The position numbers were made by a program, and so were the translations under genes. Of a stretch of 36,204 nt of DNA, positions 26,157-33,154 are shown piece by piece. The first letter of the stretch is position 1, and the number at the start of each line of letters is the position of its first letter. Source of the DNA: an uncultured Clostridia bacterium (GTDB taxonomy: Bacteria > Bacillota > Clostridia > Christensenellales > Borkfalkiaceae); the NCBI GenBank assembly GCA_934230055.1, contig CAKQEE010000001.1, forward strand, positions 1 to 36,204, written 5' to 3'. Below the pieces are notes generated by a model. It was not told the origin of the DNA, did no database searches, and saw nothing but the letters and a program-made list of their open reading frames with translations.

Positions 26157-29111
26157 ATGAAAAAGGTTTGTATAATTATATTATCCCTCGTTTGCTGTCT
26201 GATGTTGGCGGCGGGGTTCGGCGGTTGTAACGACGCGACCGAGCCGGAACAGAAAAATTTTCTCGTTGACAAAGAAATAACCGTTTACGTCGGCGAAACT
26301 TATAAATTCGAGCCGACGGGAGCGGAAAGCTTTACCTACAAATCCTCGGACGAGAACGTTGCGAGGGTATCCGCAAGCGGACTTCTCGTCGGCGTGTCGG
26401 ACGGCACGGCTTTTATAGAAGTGTCGGCGGAAGAAGGCAAGGAAATCTGCAAGGTAAACGTTGCCAAAGCCGAAAATTATATAAGGCTTAACGCGAACGG
26501 CGTTTCCGTGACCGAAGGCAACGACGTTACGGTAAAAGCGGAGGTTGTTTTTCACGGGAAAACGACGGGCGACGCAGTAAGTTTCTCTTACGAACTTACC
26601 GAAAATTTAACAGTAAAAAGCAGCGACGAAAACTCGATTACTTTAACGGTAAATAAAATCGGCGGCTACGTTATAACCGCGACTTTCGGAGATATGACCG
26701 CCGAATGTCGCATAAAAGCGGTAACGCTCGAAGCAAAAACGCTTGCGGCTCCCGTTATAACCGTAGAAGATTGCAAAACGGTTAAGTGGAACAAGACGGA
26801 AAACGCAAGCGGCTACGCTTACAGCGTAAACGGCGGGGAATGGATAAAAACCGAACAGACCTCTTTCGACGCGGGCGACACGACGGAAAAACTATTGTTC
26901 GGCGACGTTGCCGTATTCGCGGTTAAAGCGTTGTCGGGGGAAGACGATTTCGGTTATATCGACAGTAATCCCTCTTATTCCGTTTTCTCGCACGAATATA
27001 AAGAAACCGTTATAGAAGAATACTCCTGCGATAAGGTCGGCAAGTCCGATTTCAAGTGTACGGTCTGCGGCAAGGAATATACCGACGAAAACCGTATTGC
27101 GGAGCACCGTTTCGTGAACGGCGTTTGCACCGTTTGCGGGTTGATAAGAACTAAAAAAGTCATTTATCGCTACGACGAAAGCAACGACTGCTATTTCGTC
27201 GTCGGCGCGGACGCGGGATATGACGAAGAAGATCTTTATATCCTTGCAGAGTATAACGACGGCACGCACGGCTCTCGCCCCGTTAAATATATAGGTTACG
27301 GCGCGTTTCAGTCTAACACGACGATTAAAAGGGTAATTCTTCCCGAAACCATGACGGAGTTCGTTGACGCGGACGCCGGATTTAATAAAACGAATAAGAA
27401 CGGAGTTATGGTCAGCAGCCCGTTAAGGGGCGCGGCGTTCGATAATTGCTCTAATCTCGAATACGTTTCGATGAAGGGCGTCACGATTCTGCGCGATATA
27501 GCGGATTCCGCGTATGCGCACTGGAATTTCAGAGATTGCTATAATCTTAAACAGGTGATAGTCGCGGAAGGGTTCGACAACTACGGCGCGACCTTTATGC
27601 GTTGGGTAAACACTCCCGCGGGAGCGGAAAATCAGACGGATTTATACGTTTACGGCACGAGCATAACAAAGTTTTGCAGCGACAGCTATCCTATGACGAA
27701 TAGAATCGATCCGGGTAACAACCGCTTGCTCACGGGCGACGTATTCTATTACGACGAAAATTCCGACCTCTGTTATAAATGGCACTTCGCCGAGGACGGC
27801 GAAACCATAATAACCGCGGGCAAGCACGTTTTCAACGGCAAAAACAGATGTAAAAAGTGCGGCGCGGCGAACGGATTCGGGATAAACTACGGCTATTACG
27901 AGGGCAAAGATCCCGACGGCAAAGAAGTAAAGACCTATTACGTTTCCGACAATCAGAGTATATTAAAATCGGAAGTAGTCGTTCTCGGCGAATATACCGA
28001 CGGCATACACGGAGTTCTTCCCGTAACGTTCGTTAAAAACGAAGCGTTTGCAAGGAACGCGTCTATTACTAAGGTCATTCTTCCGAAGAGCGTTACGAGA
28101 CTCGACGGCGGAGTGTTCCTCGGTTGCGAAAACCTCGAATACGTCGCCATGCCGGGAATTTCGGAGCTGGTTTACGTGAATTTAAGCAATAAAATGTTTT
28201 ACGGCGACGGCGTAACCACGGATAACAACTTTATTGAATGTTATAGACTGAAAGCCGTTGAGGTAAACGAGAAATTCAATCTGTACGCCAACCCCGATAA
28301 CCAACAGTTTTTAGGTATAAACAAGCCGAAAAATCCGATTCTCGATATATATTCGGCGGGCGCCGCGGACGAAAGCGTTATAACGGCTCAACCCAACGCG
28401 AAAAACAATCTTTTGAGCGGAAGGATTTATTACAAAGGTTCACTCGATATATGCGGCAACTGGTCTGACGAAGACGGAGTGATAGAAACCTCCGCTCCGG
28501 AACACGACTTCTATAACGGGGTTTGTCGGATTTGCGGCGCAAGAGACGCGAAAGGCGTTATATATCAGTATAACGCGAAGAAGGGCGTTTACTTCGTTGC
28601 GGGATACGGCGGAACTAACGAGTCCGTAACGGTGTTTGACAGCTGGAACGACGGCAAGAACGGCGAAAAGAGCGTTAAATACGTTGAAAAAGAGGCGTTC
28701 AAGGGCAACGCAACGATAAAAAGAGTAATACTTCCCGAAAGCGTGGACAGTCTGGAAGGAACGGTGTTCCTCGATTGCGTGAATCTCGAATACGTTTCCA
28801 TGACGGGCGTTTCCGAAATGAACTGGGCAAGTAAATATAACGGCAAAGACGGGGATAACAACTTCCTTAATTGTACGAAATTAAAGACGGTTGTCGTAAA
28901 ATCGGGTTTAACGTCTAATTGCCAGCAGTTTTTGGCGATAAACGCGCCGAATGCGCCCGTTCTCGATTTCTTCGTTTACGGCGGCAACGCCGCACCGAAT
29001 CTTACGGGTAACAATAATCTGCAAAGCGGCAACGTTTATTATTACAGCGCGACGAGGAACGCGGGATTCTGGCATTACGAAGCGAACGGCTTAGCCGCGC
29101 TTTGGAACTGA
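26157..29111 (+). CDS. Giant surface lipoprotein (984 aa): Big_2 domains followed by three [Cys/His knuckle + BspA-type LRR_5] modules
   Basis: The N-terminus MKKVCIIILSLVCCLMLAAGFGGCNDA contains a lipobox. The Big_2-like segment is VYVGETYKFEPTGAESFTYKSSDENVARVSASGLLVGVSDGTAFIEV. LRR_5 signatures include TIKRVILPETMTEF..AFDNCSNLEYVSMKGV, ITKVILPKSVTRLDGGVFLGCENLEYVAMPGI and TIKRVILPESVDSLEGTVFLDCVNLEYVSMTGV. The knuckles are HRFVNGVCTVCG (27105-27140), HVFNGKNRCKKCG (27825-27863) and HDFYNGVCRICG (28503-28538). Confidence 0.85.
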   Translation: MKKVCIIILSLVCCLMLAAGFGGCNDATEPEQKNFLVDKEITVYVGETYKFEPTGAESFTYKSSDENVARVSASGLLVGVSDGTAFIEVSAEEGKEICKVNVAKAENYIRLNANGVSVTEGNDVTVKAEVVFHGKTTGDAVSFSYELTENLTVKSSDENSITLTVNKIGGYVITATFGDMTAECRIKAVTLEAKTLAAPVITVEDCKTVKWNKTENASGYAYSVNGGEWIKTEQTSFDAGDTTEKLLFGDVAVFAVKALSGEDDFGYIDSNPSYSVFSHEYKETVIEEYSCDKVGKSDFKCTVCGKEYTDENRIAEHRFVNGVCTVCGLIRTKKVIYRYDESNDCYFVVGADAGYDEEDLYILAEYNDGTHGSRPVKYIGYGAFQSNTTIKRVILPETMTEFVDADAGFNKTNKNGVMVSSPLRGAAFDNCSNLEYVSMKGVTILRDIADSAYAHWNFRDCYNLKQVIVAEGFDNYGATFMRWVNTPAGAENQTDLYVYGTSITKFCSDSYPMTNRIDPGNNRLLTGDVFYYDENSDLCYKWHFAEDGETIITAGKHVFNGKNRCKKCGAANGFGINYGYYEGKDPDGKEVKTYYVSDNQSILKSEVVVLGEYTDGIHGVLPVTFVKNEAFARNASITKVILPKSVTRLDGGVFLGCENLEYVAMPGISELVYVNLSNKMFYGDGVTTDNNFIECYRLKAVEVNEKFNLYANPDNQQFLGINKPKNPILDIYSAGAADESVITAQPNAKNNLLSGRIYYKGSLDICGNWSDEDGVIETSAPEHDFYNGVCRICGARDAKGVIYQYNAKKGVYFVAGYGGTNESVTVFDSWNDGKNGEKSVKYVEKEAFKGNATIKRVILPESVDSLEGTVFLDCVNLEYVSMTGVSEMNWASKYNGKDGDNNFLNCTKLKTVVVKSGLTSNCQQFLAINAPNAPVLDFFVYGGNAAPNLTGNNNLQSGNVYYYSATRNAGFWHYEANGLAALWN

Positions 29112-29136
29112 ACGGGAACTTTAAAACGGTTAAAAT

Positions 29137-29158
29137 GCGCCCGTTTTCACGCGGGCGC
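29137..29158 (+). promoter_or_regulatory. Intercistronic GC-rich stem-loop (7-bp stem, 8-nt loop) without a U-tract
   Basis: gcgcccg-ttttcacg-cgggcgc, in the 74-nt gap between the 984-aa gene and the next lipoprotein gene. Confidence 0.4.
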
Positions 29159-29185
29159 GGAAATAATATGAAAGGAGTAGGTTAT

Positions 29186-29563
29186 ATGCAGAAAAAAGTG
29201 TTTACGCTTATTTTTGCGGTGATGATGAGTCTCGTTTTTGCCTTTGCGTTCGCAGGGTGCGGCGGTAAAACGGACGGCGGCTCGGGCGGCGGAGGAACGA
29301 CCGAACAGAGAGAGTATACTGTAACGTTCGATTCCGACGGCGGCAGCAACGTGGCAAGCATCACCGTCAAAGAGGGTGAAAGGGTAGAAAAACCGGTTTC
29401 GCCGACAAAAGCATCGCTCGATAAACAATATAAGTTTATGGGTTGGTTCGTTGGTGAAAAACAGTGGAATTTCGATACCGACGTTGTTGAAGGCAATTTA
29501 ACGCTGAAAGCGAAATGGGAACTTGGCGAGGAATTTACAAAAATATACCCGCCTAAATCATAA
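29186..29563 (+). CDS. Small lipoprotein (125 aa) carrying a single InlB B-repeat (Listeria-Bacteroides repeat) domain
   Basis: The ATG at 29186 is preceded by AAAGGAG (the track ORF starts at 29102; another in-frame ATG is at 29168). The N-terminus MQKKVFTLIFAVMMSLVFAFAFAGCGGKTDGGSGGGG contains a lipobox. The B-repeat signature is YTVTFDSDGGS..VKEGERVEKPVSP..YKFMGWF..NLTLKAKW. Confidence 0.8.
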   Translation: MQKKVFTLIFAVMMSLVFAFAFAGCGGKTDGGSGGGGTTEQREYTVTFDSDGGSNVASITVKEGERVEKPVSPTKASLDKQYKFMGWFVGEKQWNFDTDVVEGNLTLKAKWELGEEFTKIYPPKS

Positions 29564-29605
29564 ATTTAACCGTTTACATACGACGTGAACGGTAAAGGAG
29601 AAAAA

Positions 29606-29734
29606 ATGAAACAAACAAAACATTACGAGACGCCCGAAATAATTGTTTCGGAGCTAATGCCTGTCGATTGTCTGATTACTTCACAGTACGATAACGAAGT
29701 CCGCGACAGAGACTGGGATTTCAGCAAATTTTAA
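29606..29734 (+). CDS. Small ORF (42 aa) with a strong SD: MKQTKHYETPEIIVSELMPVDCLITSQYDNEVRDRDWDFSKF
   Basis: Below the ORF-track size cut-off. AAAGGAG sits 6 nt upstream of the ATG, and the sORF exactly fills the gap between two co-directional genes (42 nt and 22 nt flanks). It has no signal peptide. Coding status is not proven. Confidence 0.5.
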   Translation: MKQTKHYETPEIIVSELMPVDCLITSQYDNEVRDRDWDFSKF

Positions 29735-29756
29735 TCAAGGAAGAAAGGTGGAAAAA

Positions 29757-32700
29757 ATGAAGACTTTAAAATCCATATCCAAAAAAGTATTAGTAGCATT
29801 GCTTTTCGTTCTGACGATAAGCAGCTTCGCGTTTGCGTTCGGCGTAAACGTTCGCGCGGAAGGCAGTTTCCCCGCGGAAGCAAAAATAGAGGTTATGAGC
29901 GGAACTTCGCTTAAACTCAATGAAAAAGGCGGCTTGCGCTTTATTATAAAACTTAACGACGCCGCAAAAAAACATATTAAGGACGACGACGCGACGGGAA
30001 GCGTTAAGCTCGTTGCGTATATAGCTCCCACCGCAATCGTCAATAAAGGCGACGAATATCTCATTGCAAACGGCTTAAAAGCAGAGGTTGCGGAAGGTAA
30101 ACTTTATCAGGTAGAAGGCGACGATAACTGGTACGCGAACGTTTGTCCCGTAGACTTTAAAGAGGCAAATCGTAAACTCGATTATTCCGTAAAGGCTTTC
30201 GTTATGAACGGCGAAACCGTGGAAGCGACGTCCGTCTTAAACGACGAAGCGCGCGGCAATATTTACGACGTGGCGACCAGAGCTCTTCTCGACGAAACCG
30301 AAGATTACACGCAGAAAATACTCGATCTCGCGGGATATAAATGGCTTGGCACGGAACAGTTCCCGATTTATATTGACAGCGCGGAACTTTATAACGGACT
30401 CGTTTCCAAAATCAACGCCGATTTCGATTTTTCCGAAAAATACGTTGCGATAGCTTCTTCGGTAAATACGAGCGGAGCGACTCTTGCGGAAGGTAAGACT
30501 TTGCCCGTTAATAATTACAAGGTCAGCCGCGTAACCTTTATGGACGGAGAAACCGTTCTCGGCAGCGTTTTGGCTAAAGAGGGCGAAAAGGTATCGTTTG
30601 CCGCACCCGAAAAAACCGCGGACGAAACTTACAAATACACGTTCATGACTTGGGTGACCGCGAACGGCGGCGATGAAGAAGCAGACTTAACCTCCGTTTC
30701 GCAGGATATGACGGTTTACGCCAAATATAATCAAATTTATATCAACGCCATAACGCTTTCTGCGGAAAACGTTAAATACGGCAATAATTATTCCGTTAAG
30801 GCAACCGCAAAATACGGTATTCCCGTTTTAACCTTCTCCAAAGAAGAAAACGGCGAATATAAGGCGTGGAACGAACTCGAAAACCGCGATGCAGGCACCT
30901 ATTACGTTAAAGCGACCGTTGTCGCGACCGAGGAATACGACGGAGCCGAAAAAACGACTTCCTTTAAGGTAGAACAAGCCGAAAACGCGATTACGAGCTT
31001 TGATAACGTTCCCGAAACGATTTCCTGTAACGAAACGCTTGCGCCCACGGCTACCGCCACGCACGGCGAAGTAAAAATCAAATATGTAAAGGCAGACGAT
31101 ACTTTATGCGATACTTTTGAAGAAGCGAAAGGCGAGGTCGTCGGTAACAACGTATCGTATAGGGTTCAGGCTGTGGTCGGCAGAACCGAAAATTACGCAG
31201 GCGCGGCGCAGGAAAAAATCTTTAAGATTACGCACGACTTCGTAGACGGCGTTTGTAAGAATTGCAATAAGCCGCAGACGGGTATAAAATACGCGACGAC
31301 CGAAACGGTCGCTTATATCACGGGATACGAGGGTAACCCCTCTACCGAGGTATATCCGGTTGCAGTGTACGAGGGTAAGCCCGTAACGTACGTTGCGCAA
31401 GAAGCTTTCAACAAGCAAACTATAACCAAGATTGTTTTGCCCGAAAGCGTTACCGATTTGGGCGGCAGGGTGTTCTTGAATTGTTCCAAACTCGAATACG
31501 TTTCTATGATCGGCGTAAAATCGCTTAAATATAACGTAACGGGAAGACCTGACGGAAAGAACGAAAGTAATAACAACTTCTTGTACTGTAACAAGTTAGA
31601 GACGGTTATAGTAAGCCCCGACTTCAATACCGAGGTGCAGCAGTTCAATACTGATCAAGGGGTATCTCCTCTCAGCCTGTATGTAAACGGCGAGTCGGGC
31701 GCGCCCGTACTCACTAAGACCGATAATCTGTTCAGCGGCAAAGTCTACTATAAAGGCGACGCGACCAAGTGCGGACAGTGGAATTTCGATGCTAACGGCG
31801 AACTTAAACACGGACCCGCTTCTCATAACTTTGTAAACGGTATTTGCGAAAATTGCGGAAGATACGGCGACGAGCTTACCCAAGGCGTGGTATACGGCTA
31901 TAACGCCGCCAAGAAATGCTACTACGTCGGTGACAACAAAGCGTTAAAAGTTGCGGAAGTTAATATTTTAAGTAAGTATAACGACGGCGTGAACGGCGAA
32001 GCGGAAGTTAAATACCTTGCTTTCAAAGCATTCCAAGGAAATACGAATATAACGAAGATTATTCTTCCCTCAAGCGTTGATAGTCTTGAAGGCTGGGTTT
32101 TCGGAGGCTGCGCTAAACTCGAATACGTTTCGATGACCGGCATTACGGACCTTGACTATGCAAGTCCGTACGGCGGCGCAAGAGACAACAATTTCAGAGA
32201 ATGCTTTAAGTTAAAAGTCGTTATCGTAAGCAACGCGTTGTCATCTAACGTAGGACAGTTCGGTTGCGGCGCGACGGATGCGGGTAATAAAAAGATACTC
32301 GACTTCTATGTGGACGGCGCAAGCGGTGCGCCTTCGCTCGATTATGTAACCGCAGACGCTAACAATCTTTGCAGCGGGGTCGTTTATTATAAAGGCGACG
32401 CGACCAAGTGCGGACAGTGGAATTACGTTGACGGCGAACTTAAACACGGCGCGTCAACTCATAACTTTGTTGACGGCGTTTGCAAGGATTGCGGCAGAGT
32501 ACAAAGCGAAACCGTAACTTATGCGTACGACGCGACGAACAAATGCTATTACGTTACGGGCGTTTCTGCTAAAACCGAAAGCGAACTTTATATCCGCGCG
32601 ACCTACAACGACGGCAGCACGAACGGCGATGCGCCCGTATCTTACGTTAAATGGGGTGCATTTATGGACAACGAAGTTATAACGAAAGTTATATTGCCGA

Positions 32701-33080
32701 CCAGCGTAACAGACCTCCACGGCAACGTATTCCTTAATTGCAGCAACCTCGAATACGTTTCTATGAAAGGCGTGAAGAGGATGTATGCTACTAACGGCGA
32801 AGCTCGCGAAGACGGCAGATGGGGCGATAACAATTTCCGTAACTGCAACAAATTGAAATATGTAGTAATCGGCAGCGAAGGGTTGGATTCAACCTGCGGA
32901 CAATTCAATTCGGAAAAAGTTCCTAATCCGACGATATTAAACGTCTACGTTGAAGGAACAACCGGAACGGTCAGCCTTAATAGCGGAGACGCTCTTTGGA
33001 CGGGCAACGTTTATTATTACAGCGCGACCGAAACGGCAGGCACTTGGCATTACGTTAACGGTATTCCTACGCTTTGGTAA
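29757..33080 (+). CDS. Giant secreted protein (1107 aa), paralogous to 26157-29111: N-terminal domain, InlB B-repeat, MBG/Ig-like region, three [Cys/His knuckle + BspA-type LRR_5] modules
   Basis: I prefer the ATG at 29757 (the track starts at GTG 29748). The N-terminus is MKTLKSISKKVLVALLFVLTISSFAFAFGVNVRA/EG, an SPase I type. The B-repeat segment is YKVSRVTFMDGETVLG..YKYTFMTWV..MTVYAKY. LRR_5 signatures include ITKIVLPESVTDLGGRVFLNCSKLEYVSMIGV, ITKIILPSSVDSLEGWVFGGCAKLEYVSMTGI and ITKVILPTSVTDLHGNVFLNCSNLEYVSMKGV. The knuckles are HDFVDGVCKNCN (31233-31268), HNFVNGICENCG (31824-31859) and HNFVDGVCKDCG (32460-32495). Its C-terminus, GNVYYYSATETAGTWHYVNGIPTLW, parallels that of the paralog. 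Confidence 0.85.
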   Translation: MKTLKSISKKVLVALLFVLTISSFAFAFGVNVRAEGSFPAEAKIEVMSGTSLKLNEKGGLRFIIKLNDAAKKHIKDDDATGSVKLVAYIAPTAIVNKGDEYLIANGLKAEVAEGKLYQVEGDDNWYANVCPVDFKEANRKLDYSVKAFVMNGETVEATSVLNDEARGNIYDVATRALLDETEDYTQKILDLAGYKWLGTEQFPIYIDSAELYNGLVSKINADFDFSEKYVAIASSVNTSGATLAEGKTLPVNNYKVSRVTFMDGETVLGSVLAKEGEKVSFAAPEKTADETYKYTFMTWVTANGGDEEADLTSVSQDMTVYAKYNQIYINAITLSAENVKYGNNYSVKATAKYGIPVLTFSKEENGEYKAWNELENRDAGTYYVKATVVATEEYDGAEKTTSFKVEQAENAITSFDNVPETISCNETLAPTATATHGEVKIKYVKADDTLCDTFEEAKGEVVGNNVSYRVQAVVGRTENYAGAAQEKIFKITHDFVDGVCKNCNKPQTGIKYATTETVAYITGYEGNPSTEVYPVAVYEGKPVTYVAQEAFNKQTITKIVLPESVTDLGGRVFLNCSKLEYVSMIGVKSLKYNVTGRPDGKNESNNNFLYCNKLETVIVSPDFNTEVQQFNTDQGVSPLSLYVNGESGAPVLTKTDNLFSGKVYYKGDATKCGQWNFDANGELKHGPASHNFVNGICENCGRYGDELTQGVVYGYNAAKKCYYVGDNKALKVAEVNILSKYNDGVNGEAEVKYLAFKAFQGNTNITKIILPSSVDSLEGWVFGGCAKLEYVSMTGITDLDYASPYGGARDNNFRECFKLKVVIVSNALSSNVGQFGCGATDAGNKKILDFYVDGASGAPSLDYVTADANNLCSGVVYYKGDATKCGQWNYVDGELKHGASTHNFVDGVCKDCGRVQSETVTYAYDATNKCYYVTGVSAKTESELYIRATYNDGSTNGDAPVSYVKWGAFMDNEVITKVILPTSVTDLHGNVFLNCSNLEYVSMKGVKRMYATNGEAREDGRWGDNNFRNCNKLKYVVIGSEGLDSTCGQFNSEKVPNPTILNVYVEGTTGTVSLNSGDALWTGNVYYYSATETAGTWHYVNGIPTLW

Positions 33081-33100
33081 TAAAAACCGAAATTTAAAGC

Positions 33101-33135
33101 CGCCCCGTCGGGTATGGAAAATACCCGACGGGGCG
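33101..33135 (+). terminator. Very strong stem-loop (15-bp perfect stem, GGAAA loop) ending the 15.7-kb array; terminator-like but lacking a U-tract
   Basis: cgccccgtcgggtat-ggaaa-atacccgacggggcg. It begins 20 nt after the stop at 33080, and the next ATG (33155) is only 19 nt downstream. It is flanked on both sides by ATTTAAAG (33092-33099 and 33136-33143). Confidence 0.6.
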
Positions 33136-33154
33136 ATTTAAAGAAAAACGAAAA

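Noticed and set aside
29606-29734. Calling the sORF a lasso-peptide (or other RiPP) precursor and the locus a RiPP cluster
   Set aside because: The window contains no lasso cyclase, leader protease/RRE, radical SAM enzyme or dedicated exporter. The putative core would begin with Gln, which is atypical. Only the leader-like motif is reported, as a hypothesis.
3153-33080. Cellulosome (cohesin/dockerin) components or sortase-anchored (LPXTG) adhesins
   Set aside because: I found no dockerin-type duplicated Ca-binding loops, no cohesin-like modules and no LPXTG/SPKTG-type motif ahead of the single C-terminal TM helix. Anchoring appears to be by lipidation or TM helices.
28990-33080. Conserved C-terminal tail (GNVYYYSAT..G.WHY..NG...LW) of both LRR proteins as a novel C-terminal sorting signal
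   Set aside because: The same YY..W motif closes every internal module as well, so it is the end of the repeat unit rather than a terminal sorting tag. No TM or charged tail follows it.
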